This document shows, piece after piece, positions 26,443-35,884 of a stretch of 64,000 nucleotides of DNA (position 1 is its first letter; every line of letters begins with the position of its first letter). The DNA is from an uncultured Rikenellaceae bacterium (GTDB taxonomy: Bacteria > Bacteroidota > Bacteroidia > Bacteroidales > VadinHA17). A program made the position numbers and the translations under genes. The notes beneath the pieces were generated by a model. The model was not told where the DNA came from, searched no databases, and saw only the letters and a program-made list of their open reading frames with translations. The stretch is taken from positions 8,385 to 72,384 of the forward strand of contig CAZRDX010000031.1 in assembly GCA_964599235.1 (NCBI GenBank). The letters are read 5' to 3'.

Positions 26443-27663
26443 CTATCTGTTGACGAAAATATAACGGATATGTGCCTTGGCACCCTTGCTTCTCTCGTTC
26501 TTCTCACCCGTGAGGCGGATCTCCAGGGTATGTTCTCCCTGCGCCAGTCCGGCACCCAGGGTATAGTACCAGGGCAGGTAAAGCCCCTGACTGTAACGGG
26601 TGAACAGGTCTTGTTGTTTCCATGTACCACCGTCGATGCGGTATTCGATGATCCCTTCGTCGGGGCCGGCGATGGCGACGATGCCCACGGCATTCCCCTG
26701 AAAGGTGTATCTCAGCACCTTGCCGGGTGTGTCCCCGATCAGCACCGGCACATGGTAATAGTTGGTCCTTTTTCCGACGGCATATTCTGGATCCCATACC
26801 TCCACATAATGCCACCCTTCCGGATGTGGCAGCTGCCAGGCGGGATAGAGCCAGCCTCTGTCGTAGCAAGCCGGATCCAGCTTCTCCGGCAGGGGAGGGT
26901 CGGTCAGGGTGTTTTTCTTTTCTTCCGCTTTTTTCCACTCATCCTCGAGGAAGGTCACAATGGAATGGCGGTAGATCCTCTGACCGAAAGGCGAGGGGTG
27001 GAGGTCCCTGAAATCGTGCTCCCAGTCAAATTCACCCGCGGCGATGCGGTCGGTCACCTCTTGGGCCAGGTTGATGGAAGAGATACCGTAATGTTGGGCC
27101 ACCCGTTCATGGTTGGTGATCACCTCCGGCACTTTGCCGGCATGGTAATCTTTCATCTTGCCGGGGTCCACGAAATAGAGGAAGACGATGTCGGTCCGGG
27201 GCCCCACGTAGCGCACATGACGGACGATCCCTTCCATGCCGCATATCTGCTCGTCGGCAGTACGGCCTTTAAGATGGTCGTTGACGGCCGCATCGACGAA
27301 GAGCAGGTCCACCGGTCCGAAGTTGACCACATCCCTCTCCACGCGGAACGCATCGGAGGTGGAACCCATCGACGGGACACCCGCCTGCACGAAATCGAAT
27401 TCCGTCGCAGGGAAACGTTCCATGAGATATTTCTCCACCATGTAGCGCCATCCCCGCATGGCCGTGATCGACCCACCGAGGAAAGCCACCTTGACCCGTT
27501 GCTCGCCGGTGGTCATCTTCAGCCAGGTATGGGTGAGCGGCGTACGGTGGGTATGGTACTGCCGCGAGGAGAGTCCGGTATCGTCCTGTGCCAAAACCGC
27601 TGCATCCGGGAAAAGCAAAAGAACCAATATCCCGGTAAACAAGACATCCGCAAAGACTTTCAT
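26443..27663 (-). CDS. SGNH/GDSL hydrolase-type esterase with C-terminal beta-sandwich-like domain
   Basis: ATG at 27663. Signal peptide. SGNH block I VAFLGGSITAMRGW, block II GVPSMGS, block III LLFVDAAVNDH. Confidence 0.85.
   Translation of the reverse strand: MKVFADVLFTGILVLLLFPDAAVLAQDDTGLSSRQYHTHRTPLTHTWLKMTTGEQRVKVAFLGGSITAMRGWRYMVEKYLMERFPATEFDFVQAGVPSMGSTSDAFRVERDVVNFGPVDLLFVDAAVNDHLKGRTADEQICGMEGIVRHVRYVGPRTDIVFLYFVDPGKMKDYHAGKVPEVITNHERVAQHYGISSINLAQEVTDRIAAGEFDWEHDFRDLHPSPFGQRIYRHSIVTFLEDEWKKAEEKKNTLTDPPLPEKLDPACYDRGWLYPAWQLPHPEGWHYVEVWDPEYAVGKRTNYYHVPVLIGDTPGKVLRYTFQGNAVGIVAIAGPDEGIIEYRIDGGTWKQQDLFTRYSQGLYLPWYYTLGAGLAQGEHTLEIRLTGEKNERSKGAKAHIRYIFVNR
26447..26588. repeat. Direct repeat copy B (142 bp), the functional 3' end of the SGNH hydrolase gene
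   Basis: See copy A. The two copies bracket the EEP-family gene 25459..26436. Confidence 0.9.
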
Positions 27664-27684
27664 TCCTTTTCCGTTTCCGTTATG

Positions 27685-29040
27685 TCAGCTGATCCGGGGT
27701 TCCCATCCCGGTTCATATTCCCTGCCCCACAGTTTCATCGCTTCTGCATTGCGGATATGTCCGTCGGCCGGGTCGATCTCCAGGCGCTGGCCGGTGCGGT
27801 AGGCGATGTTGGCCAGATGGCACAGGAGGGTGCTTTTGGCTCCCTCGCGGATGGGGGAATGGAGTTGGGCTTTGCCACGGATGGCGTCGAAAAAGTTGCC
27901 CACGTGGAGGGTGGTCAGGTCGCCGCCGCCGCCCAGGGCCGTGCCGGTTTCCTTGTATGCGGATTTGCTGTCGCGTATGAGTTTGCCTTTCCTGTCGTAG
28001 AGGCGATATCCTCCCCGGTCGACATAGACGGTTCCTTCGCTGCCGTAGATGATCGTGCCCCGGCCGCTGCCGTAAGTAGGATAGCCGTTGCGGCTTTTAC
28101 CGTCCCACTTGATGGTGGTGCCGTTGGAGAAACGGAAGGTGGCATCCATGGTATCGTACATGGTCCAGCCGTCGTCGACAAAATGGTATTTGCCGGCCAC
28201 CACCTCGGCTTCCACGGGGTAATCGACCCGGAGGGCCCAGCGGGCAATGTCGAGCTCGTGGGTGGCGTTGTTGCCCGTCTCGGCGGTACCGAACTTCCAT
28301 CCGTACCAATGCCAGTTGTAGTCGAACACATTGTCCACGTACCGGTCGTGTGGGGCAGGGCCCTGGAACAGCTCCCAGTCGAGCCCGTCGGGCGGGTCGG
28401 CGGGGACAGGATTTTTCACCCTCCCCCGGGCATTGGTGTAAAAAGCCACGGCCAGATAAGGCTTGCCGATGATCCCGCGATGGATCTCATCGATGATCTG
28501 CCGCGTCTCCGGCGAGGAGCGTTGCTGGTTCCCCATCTGCACCACGCGGGGGTAACGCCTGAGGTATTGGAGCAGCAGCTCTCCCTCGCGCGGGTTATGG
28601 GTCAGGGGTTTTTCCACATAGACATGTTTGCCTGCCTCCAGCGCCATCCAGGTGGCCGGACCATGCCAGTGATCGGGGATGGCAAAGAAAAGCGCATCGA
28701 CTTCCTTGTCGTCGAGTGCCTTGCGGAAGTCGTTGAGCAGCATGGGATCGTAGCCCACTTTCTCACGGAACCGCAGAGCACCTTTTTCCCGCCGCGAACG
28801 CATCACATCGGCAAGGTACTTCACCGTGACCCCGTCCTTGTACTCCACCATCGGGTCGAGGTATCCGGGAAAACGTCGTCCCATACCCACCAGGGCCACG
28901 ATGATGCGGTCGTTGGCTCCCATGATACGGCGATAGCTGGCTGCCGGAAAGGCGGTCCCGCCGAGGGTGATAGCAGCCGCCCCCAGAGCCGTCTTTTTCA
29001 TAAAATCCCTGCGGGTGGTAGGGTTGTTCTTTTTTCTCAT
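27685..29040 (-). CDS. TAT-exported Gfo/Idh/MocA family oxidoreductase (periplasmic sugar/glycoside dehydrogenase type)
   Basis: ATG at 29040. Twin-arginine signal TRRDFMKKTALGAAAITLGG. Rossmann IIVALVGMGRR. EKP motif (VYVEKPLTHN). Confidence 0.9.
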   Translation of the reverse strand: MRKKNNPTTRRDFMKKTALGAAAITLGGTAFPAASYRRIMGANDRIIVALVGMGRRFPGYLDPMVEYKDGVTVKYLADVMRSRREKGALRFREKVGYDPMLLNDFRKALDDKEVDALFFAIPDHWHGPATWMALEAGKHVYVEKPLTHNPREGELLLQYLRRYPRVVQMGNQQRSSPETRQIIDEIHRGIIGKPYLAVAFYTNARGRVKNPVPADPPDGLDWELFQGPAPHDRYVDNVFDYNWHWYGWKFGTAETGNNATHELDIARWALRVDYPVEAEVVAGKYHFVDDGWTMYDTMDATFRFSNGTTIKWDGKSRNGYPTYGSGRGTIIYGSEGTVYVDRGGYRLYDRKGKLIRDSKSAYKETGTALGGGGDLTTLHVGNFFDAIRGKAQLHSPIREGAKSTLLCHLANIAYRTGQRLEIDPADGHIRNAEAMKLWGREYEPGWEPRIS

Positions 29041-29052
29041 GATCTTATTGGA

Positions 29053-30444
29053 TTACATTTCATCGCATCTGTTCAGTTCAAGTATTTTGATGTTCTTGAA
29101 GTGCACGGTACAGCCGTGGTCCTGGAGGAGGATATGTCCTTCCTGTGCTTCGCCGAAGTGGGGCCAGACATGGTATTTACTGCGAGCCACCAGGGCCCGC
29201 CACATCTGGCCGCAACGGTCGTATTCCACCACTTTGATGTTGTTGATCCAGTGTTCCACGTGGCATCCCCGCACCACGATGCGGGCACGGTACCATCCTC
29301 CCACCGGTCGCTTGGCATAACCCTGCAAACGGGAGTTAGCCGCCCGGGCAGGGATGAGGTCGTAGAGCGAAGCCAGGGTGCGGTTGCCGTCGGTACCTTT
29401 TTTGGCATCGGGATGGTGTTGATCGTCAAGGATCTGGAACTCACAGCCTATGGCCGAACCTTTCCCCTTGTTGAGCGTGGGATCGACAAAATACTTGATG
29501 CCGCTGTTGGCTCCTTCGGTGATCTGAAAATCCACTTCCAGGACAAAGTTGCGATAGGTACGGGTGGTGATGATATCGCCTCCGTTGGCCGATTCGGCAC
29601 CGTCGGCTCCCTGGACGGTGAGGATTCCGTCCCTGATCTCCCAACCTTTTTCCGGGAAATGATCGAGCCTGGCACCGCGCCATCCTCTGGTGGTCTTGCC
29701 ATCCCACAGCAGTTTCCATCCCTCGGCCTTTTCCTGTGGGGTGAGCCGGTTGTCGAGGTAGCTGATCACCGGCACCCGGGGGTCGGGTTTCCAGCGGGCA
29801 GTGTCAAGGCCGGTAGTGAGGATGCGGATGTTACGCCAGCGTATCTTCTTGCCCGCCAGCGCTTTGTTATGACCAATGCCATGCACCTGCAGACCGATAA
29901 AACCCGAGGCGGTCATCGTATCCACCAGGTTGGCACACATCACTCCGTTGACCCAGGTGCGTATCTCATCGCCGACAGCTTCCACATGGAACTTGTTCCA
30001 CTGGCCCATGAGGAAAGCCTGCTTGCCGCGGGGGTTGCGCTCCAGGTTGTACAGCCAGCCGCGACGCGCCTCGTCGTAGATACCCCCTGTCCAGCGCCGT
30101 GTGGAAGGATCGATCTCCACCTGATAACCATGCACACGACCGTTCATGTAGTCCTTGCTGCTCTCACTGCGTATCTGCACTCCCGAGTTGACCGCCGGCT
30201 CGAGCAAAACCTCAAACTCAAGGATGAAATCCCCAAAATGCTCCCTGGTACAAAGGAAACTGTTAGGGGAACCCAGGACCGTCTCTCCAACCAGTACCCC
30301 GTCCTCCACATAGTACTTCGCTTTTCCGTTGAGCTGTTCCCAGCCTTTCAGATCATGACCATTAAACAGATCAACCCACCCCTCCTGTGCGGAAAGGGTC
30401 AGCGAGATGATCAAGAAAGTAATAGTGAGTTGTTTTTTCATCAT
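29053..30444 (-). CDS. Tandem DUF1080 (3-keto-disaccharide hydrolase-type) domain protein
   Basis: ATG-ATG at 30444/30441. Signal peptide. Two DUF1080 units: [19 protein letters not shown]...DFILEFEV...NSGVQIRS...[19 protein letters not shown], and [17 protein letters not shown]...[20 protein letters not shown]...[16 protein letters not shown]. Confidence 0.88.
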   Translation of the reverse strand: MMKKQLTITFLIISLTLSAQEGWVDLFNGHDLKGWEQLNGKAKYYVEDGVLVGETVLGSPNSFLCTREHFGDFILEFEVLLEPAVNSGVQIRSESSKDYMNGRVHGYQVEIDPSTRRWTGGIYDEARRGWLYNLERNPRGKQAFLMGQWNKFHVEAVGDEIRTWVNGVMCANLVDTMTASGFIGLQVHGIGHNKALAGKKIRWRNIRILTTGLDTARWKPDPRVPVISYLDNRLTPQEKAEGWKLLWDGKTTRGWRGARLDHFPEKGWEIRDGILTVQGADGAESANGGDIITTRTYRNFVLEVDFQITEGANSGIKYFVDPTLNKGKGSAIGCEFQILDDQHHPDAKKGTDGNRTLASLYDLIPARAANSRLQGYAKRPVGGWYRARIVVRGCHVEHWINNIKVVEYDRCGQMWRALVARSKYHVWPHFGEAQEGHILLQDHGCTVHFKNIKILELNRCDEM

Positions 30445-30732
30445 GCACGAATTTTTCAGGTTAAGTTGCGGCAGATAGAATGAAACACGAATTTAAGGAA
30501 TATTTTTTCTCCTTTCCCAACTTTTTCCACCCTTTTAGTTTTCATAGGTGGGTATTTTCTTTTCCCTCTCCTTCCTTTCTACAGTTTGTTCCGATCACCG
30601 TGGAGATTCCCTTTGCCATCATATTTTCCCGTTGTTCGTTCCTGCCGGGGGATCCTTTTCCTCCTCCAGGCATTTTCACGATCCGGTTTTCCTTTTGACG
30701 GCATCAGGATCCAATCAATCCATGAAGCATTG

Positions 30733-32463
30733 TCACCCACCATCTTCTGGCAGGTATCCGAGCGATCTCAGGAAGTTCCTCGTTGCTTCCATCGTTTTCT
30801 GGAAATATTCGGGGAACCAGCTATTGAAGAAGCCGTGTTCTTGTCCCGGGTAAAGGAAAAGATCGCATCGGTTGCCGGCTTCCAGCATTTTCCGCCGGAA
30901 GGCATGAATGGTAGAGACGGGCACTAAGTTGTCGTGGTCGCCGAAAAAGAGGATGGTAGGAGGGTCGCCGGGAGCAATGTTATGGAGGGGGGAGATCTCC
31001 CCGTATCTCTCGCCGATACGGTCGTAGCCATAACCTCCGGGTCCGTTGTCAAAGACGGGGTTGAAAAGCACCAGGGCATTGGGACGGGAGCTGACAGTGG
31101 TATCCTCGCCCTTTTCTTCCAGGCCCGGCACGATCCCTGCTGCTGCGGCGATATGACCTCCGGCCGATCCTCCCGAAGCTACGATCCTGCCGGGGTCGAT
31201 ACCCAGCAGGAGTGCATGGCTGCGCAGGAAACGGATCGCCGACTTTGCATCTTTGACCGCTTCGAAGGGTGTGGTATGATCCCGCTTTTCCACACGATAA
31301 TCCGCCGTCATGGCGATCATCCCGAGACGTGCAAGATAACGTGCCTGCTTGGTGAACTGATGGGGGCTCCCCACACGCCATCCTCCCCCAAAAAAGAAAA
31401 TGATCGCCGGCCGACGGTCACCTCTTTGAAAATCGGGAGGATACCATATGTAAAGATAGAGTTGTGTGGAATCGATCTTCTTGTACCTTACTTTGAGGGG
31501 GAGATCGTCGCTGAGGGCCCGTACCGGCACATAAACATCCTCGATGATCTCCTTCACCACCGGAGACATTGTTTTGGCCCACAACCAGTTCCCGGCACGT
31601 GAAGGATGCAGGTAATCGGGCATCAGGGAAGGGTCGATATGCCCTTGGGGATCAACAAAGCGATCTTGAAGGTTGAGAAAGAAGATCTTTCTGCCGTCAG
31701 CCAGCTGTGACACAAGCCGATTGGCTTCCTCATTGGCCAGCCGTCGCGGGTCATGGGGATCCCGACCATAAGGAAAGATGCCGAGAACGAGGATCTTTGT
31801 CTCAGGCAATCTCTTTTGCACCTCGTAACAGATCCGCGCGATCCCTTCCGCCACCTCCGGCCCTGTGTGAACGGTGGGATAATGCTCCGCATCCGTATTG
31901 TTGGTGCCGATGAGCAGTACCAGCAGGCGGGGATGGAGACCTTCCAGCTCTCCATGCTGGATACGCCACAGGACATTCTCCGTCCGGTCACCTCCAAAAC
32001 CCAGATTGAGCGGATCATAATCACCAAAAAAAGCATTCCACACTTCCCGATTCCCGGGTTTTTCCAGATTGTGGGTAATGGAGTTGCCAAGGAACACCAG
32101 ACGGGTATCTTTTTTCTTTCCTCTCACTTCGGCCAGCTTCTGCCGGTGTCTTCTCTGCCACCATTCACTTTTCCTTTCAGCGGGGAGGATCGCCGTATTG
32201 AGTTTCCCTTCCATGATCCGCAGAGCAGGTACCCGTGCGAATTCCCATTCCCGGAAACGCTGTACCGCGGGATCCAACGTATCCGGAACAGCCCACATCC
32301 CACCTGACAAGAACAAAAAGAACAGAAAGAACAGAACATGTCTCCTCCTGCAATAAGGATGATCTTTCAGCCCCTTCACCGAAAGAGGACACATGCTCCC
32401 TGCACTCCGCCGGTTCTGCACCGACGGGTATTTCAGCTCAGCGAAAGAACAGATGTCAACCAT
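30733..32463 (-). CDS. Bifunctional-type esterase: SGNH (PAF-acetylhydrolase-like) domain fused to alpha/beta hydrolase fold-3 domain
   Basis: ATG at 32463 (alternative ATG at 32394). SGNH motifs LVFLGNSITHN, GFGGDRTENV, LLIGTNNTD. C-terminal IIFFFGGGWRVG (HGGG-type oxyanion region) and ASGGSAGGH nucleophile elbow. Confidence 0.85.
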   Translation of the reverse strand: MVDICSFAELKYPSVQNRRSAGSMCPLSVKGLKDHPYCRRRHVLFFLFFLFLSGGMWAVPDTLDPAVQRFREWEFARVPALRIMEGKLNTAILPAERKSEWWQRRHRQKLAEVRGKKKDTRLVFLGNSITHNLEKPGNREVWNAFFGDYDPLNLGFGGDRTENVLWRIQHGELEGLHPRLLVLLIGTNNTDAEHYPTVHTGPEVAEGIARICYEVQKRLPETKILVLGIFPYGRDPHDPRRLANEEANRLVSQLADGRKIFFLNLQDRFVDPQGHIDPSLMPDYLHPSRAGNWLWAKTMSPVVKEIIEDVYVPVRALSDDLPLKVRYKKIDSTQLYLYIWYPPDFQRGDRRPAIIFFFGGGWRVGSPHQFTKQARYLARLGMIAMTADYRVEKRDHTTPFEAVKDAKSAIRFLRSHALLLGIDPGRIVASGGSAGGHIAAAAGIVPGLEEKGEDTTVSSRPNALVLFNPVFDNGPGGYGYDRIGERYGEISPLHNIAPGDPPTILFFGDHDNLVPVSTIHAFRRKMLEAGNRCDLFLYPGQEHGFFNSWFPEYFQKTMEATRNFLRSLGYLPEDGG

Positions 32464-32466
32464 TTC

Positions 32467-35400
32467 TTATTGTTCTTTTTTTTCATGAATGACCGGTGAA
32501 ATAAGATGTTCCAGTAACAGGCGTGCCACCGGTTCGGTCCGAAGGCGATGGTTCAGTCGCAGCTGGCATATACGGAACACGCCTTCCCCGTAAGGGTATT
32601 CTCCCACGGCCAGAGCTTCGCCGTTGTCGCCACGCCAGTCGGGATTGCCGCTGGTGATGACGGGGGACCACCCTTCCGCCCGGAAAAGGTTCCCCAGGAA
32701 GGGGGTCACATAGTCTTTCTCTTCATCGTACCAGAACCGGAAATCGAGCGGTTGGGCCCAGTTCACCAGCGGATGCTGTAAGCGGGGGGATGCAAAGAAA
32801 TATTCCCCCATATGGGTTTTCTCCACCTCGACGGTGGTATTGCCAATGCGGTACTTGCCGGGCAAGAGTTCTCCGAAAAGAACGGTATGACCCTTTCGGA
32901 CAAGCGCGTCGATCTCTTTCCTGTGACGGTCGTACCATCCGTAATCAGAGACGATGATGGCCGAAGCCTCGGCGGGGGATCCGGCAAAACCAACATCTTC
33001 TTCCATTTCTCTGATACCCAGCGGGTCACGCCCGGCAGGGGTCAGGTACAGAGTTTCTTTCACATGTTTCGCAGGGGGAAAGATCTCAAGATCGAGGATC
33101 GACTGGCTGACACCCTCTCCCTTCTCGTCAAAGAGCGCCAGCATCAACCGGCACGGTGTGCGTTGCCGTACCTGCGGTGCCGGGAACCGCAGGTACCCCT
33201 GAAAACGGGAACTGTTGACCGGGATGACCGGATCCACACTGTTGGCGAAGACGACGCTGTCGCCTATCAGGAACTGGTACTTCAGTCGGTATCCCCGGGG
33301 GATGGTGTTGCAGTCATGGGCCACCCATGCTTCGGCGAGGATCTCCTGACCAGAGAAATAGTGATATCTGTCGGTACGAAGGATGGCCACCAGGGGTTTC
33401 AGAAGATCGCGGTACACAAAGAAAGCTTTTTTGGGCTGGCGGTCCACATCCATGATGGCTTTCATCCACCCTGCCGGCCAGGCATCGATGAAAAGATGGA
33501 TGGCAAAGGAGACCATGTTGCTGTCGAGACGGAAAGCCTCGGCATACATCCGGGTGGCCCAGGCCTGATGCTCCTGACTGGCTTCGATCCAGTCGTGCAC
33601 GGAATGCTGGGCATTGAACCACATATAGTGGAAACGCCAGGTTTGGGCTGCGGCAATGACTCCCGGCGTCCATGTTTTCTCTTCCTCTGCACTGGCAGGC
33701 AACCATCCGGCAGGATAGTATTTCTTCATCACGGGATAGTTGTCCAGTCCCTCTGCCCCGAACTCTCCGCAGGCATAGTACCATCCCGGCTTGACAGGCT
33801 GCCAGTAGCCTTTGTGCATCTTCCCCAGCGGGAGGCCATGACTGTTGTACCAGGCATTGTAACAATGGTTGTCGGGGAGGCCCGGGGAAGGAGGATCGTA
33901 ATCCCCGTCGCCGGCCTTGATGACCCTGTCGGGGTTGGCCATGTGAACAGCCTGGTCGCAGGCACGAAAAAAGCGATAGTACTCCTCGGCCGTCGACATG
34001 GCACGCTGCGGCGAACCTTCGGCATTGGGAAAACGTTCGTTGATATAGGTGACCAGGATGTTACAGGGATGGTTCCGCACCAGCCTCTCCATCTCGCCTG
34101 CCTGCCGCACCGCCTCGGCCCACTGATTGGTGCGCAGGGTGCCGAAAAGAGGGAGGTCGGTCTGGGTCATCATCCCCAGACGGTCACAGTAATCATAGAT
34201 CGTTTTCTGCACGGGACGCTGGGTCATCCGCAGATAATTCAGTCCCAGAATCTTGGCCAGAAGAATGTCGTCCCTCAGCTGTGCCGTGTCGCCTCGCATC
34301 ACATCCTGCTGGAAAGCGCCCATGGTGTTGGCCCCCCGCAATCGGATCATCTTTCCGTTGAGGAACATCCTTCCTTTGGGGGTATGGAGGGTATCCATGG
34401 TAAAGGAACGCATCCCGAACTGGCATTTCCGCACATCGCGCAGCTCATCCTGCTCATCGTAGAGCCGCACCTGTAGCTGATACAGCCAGGGCGTTCCCGG
34501 CTCCCAAAGCCGGGCTCCTTTCATGGGGAGGGTGACTTTCAGAAAGTTCACACCGTAACCCATGGGCAGATCCTTGCTCTCCCAGTCGGTGGGCTTGGCC
34601 AGATCACCCAACCCCGGCACCACAACGGTATGGGGACGATAACGGAACCCTTCCACCACCGTGGTATCGAAATTCTGTCCGTAGACCGACAAGGAAAGCC
34701 GGATCTTTCGGGGTGTGGGGAAATAATTGTTCACCTCGATCCATACTTCCGCCTTTTCTTCCGAGAGCACCGGTCTGACAAACAGATCACGGATATGCAG
34801 CGGAGAACGGGCCTCCAGGTAACAGGGCTGGTAAATGCCCATGCCCGGAGGGCAATGATGCCATCCTTCACGGGGGTCATCGTATCCCGGCCCTGTAGCC
34901 GCATAGATCTTGTCGCCCTTCCTCGAAGTGGTAGTATGATCGTTCTCCACCTTGACCACCAGCGTGTTCTCCCCCACCTTCACATGACCGGTGACGGGAA
35001 ACTCGAAGGGAGCGAAAAAACCTTCGTGGGAACCGATATAAGCCCCGTTGACAAAAACGTGAGCCTTGTAGTCCACCCCGTCGAAATGCAGGAATATGCT
35101 CCCTTTCCGCATCATATCAGGAGTAACCCGGAAAGTACGGTAGTAATAGGTCACCGCTCTGCCAAGAGGCGGACCATAATGGGGGATGGCGACCTTTTTC
35201 CAGTCACCTTCGCCCCGATGAACCCTGAAAAAATCGGATCTGTCCGCAGGTGTTTCGACACGCCAGTAGAAATGTCTGAGAGGCACCCTTATGCGCTCTT
35301 CCCGGACAGCAGGGGCCAGATCGCGCAGGAAAGGGGCATAGCGATCCCGCATCCGCTGCAGCTCGTTCTCCAGCTCTCCGGCGGTGGACAACGAAGGAAC

Positions 35401-35601
35401 GGAAGAAAAGGCTTCGCCAGCATCTGTCCCTGTGGGAAGATACACCTCCGGAAGCGGCATGGGAACCACCTCCCGCAGCAACCCCCATCGCACCGCCTCA
35501 TCCCTCATGGCAATGCGCGCAAAACGATCCTCCTCCTGCTGCGCAACCAGGCTGACAGCAGAAAGCATCCAAACGACCAGAATTGTAAACATGTGTTTCA
35601 T
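32467..35601 (-). CDS. Glycoside hydrolase family 2 protein
   Basis: Start moved to ATG 35601 (MKHMFTILVVWMLSAVSLVAQQ signal). GH2 sugar-binding region IFLHFDGVDYKAHVFVNGAYIGSHEGFFAPFEFPVTGHVKVGENTLVVKVEND. TIM-barrel region LGLNYLRMTQRPVQKTIYDYCDRLGMMTQTDLPLFG. Confidence 0.88.
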   Translation of the reverse strand: MKHMFTILVVWMLSAVSLVAQQEEDRFARIAMRDEAVRWGLLREVVPMPLPEVYLPTGTDAGEAFSSVPSLSTAGELENELQRMRDRYAPFLRDLAPAVREERIRVPLRHFYWRVETPADRSDFFRVHRGEGDWKKVAIPHYGPPLGRAVTYYYRTFRVTPDMMRKGSIFLHFDGVDYKAHVFVNGAYIGSHEGFFAPFEFPVTGHVKVGENTLVVKVENDHTTTSRKGDKIYAATGPGYDDPREGWHHCPPGMGIYQPCYLEARSPLHIRDLFVRPVLSEEKAEVWIEVNNYFPTPRKIRLSLSVYGQNFDTTVVEGFRYRPHTVVVPGLGDLAKPTDWESKDLPMGYGVNFLKVTLPMKGARLWEPGTPWLYQLQVRLYDEQDELRDVRKCQFGMRSFTMDTLHTPKGRMFLNGKMIRLRGANTMGAFQQDVMRGDTAQLRDDILLAKILGLNYLRMTQRPVQKTIYDYCDRLGMMTQTDLPLFGTLRTNQWAEAVRQAGEMERLVRNHPCNILVTYINERFPNAEGSPQRAMSTAEEYYRFFRACDQAVHMANPDRVIKAGDGDYDPPSPGLPDNHCYNAWYNSHGLPLGKMHKGYWQPVKPGWYYACGEFGAEGLDNYPVMKKYYPAGWLPASAEEEKTWTPGVIAAAQTWRFHYMWFNAQHSVHDWIEASQEHQAWATRMYAEAFRLDSNMVSFAIHLFIDAWPAGWMKAIMDVDRQPKKAFFVYRDLLKPLVAILRTDRYHYFSGQEILAEAWVAHDCNTIPRGYRLKYQFLIGDSVVFANSVDPVIPVNSSRFQGYLRFPAPQVRQRTPCRLMLALFDEKGEGVSQSILDLEIFPPAKHVKETLYLTPAGRDPLGIREMEEDVGFAGSPAEASAIIVSDYGWYDRHRKEIDALVRKGHTVLFGELLPGKYRIGNTTVEVEKTHMGEYFFASPRLQHPLVNWAQPLDFRFWYDEEKDYVTPFLGNLFRAEGWSPVITSGNPDWRGDNGEALAVGEYPYGEGVFRICQLRLNHRLRTEPVARLLLEHLISPVIHEKKEQ

Positions 35602-35884
35602 AAAGATCTGTTTTTCTGTCCGATCCATAATCTTCTCATTTCCCGTCCCGGTACAATCTTTCTCGCTGACCCCCATCTCATGGAAAGGCATCTTCCGGAA
35701 AGCGGGGATTTTCCGGCAAAAAGGAGCATCTTCGCACAGGTAGAAGCCGCTTCCTTCAAAGTCGGAAAAACCCGGATCACGCACCCCCCCTCACATCTTT
35801 CCTTCACACCACGATCTTGATCTGCACCCCTTCACGAACGGGACAGGGAACATTGCCTCATCTATTTTGTCTCATCTTCTTCCA

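Noticed and set aside
25774-30483. A 1569-aa plus-strand ORF, the longest in the track
   Set aside because: It runs antisense across five minus-strand genes that each have clear family motifs (EEP, SGNH, Gfo/Idh/MocA, DUF1080). Its translation is low-complexity and rich in G/R/H/V/P/D, with no motif. This is a typical GC-rich shadow ORF.
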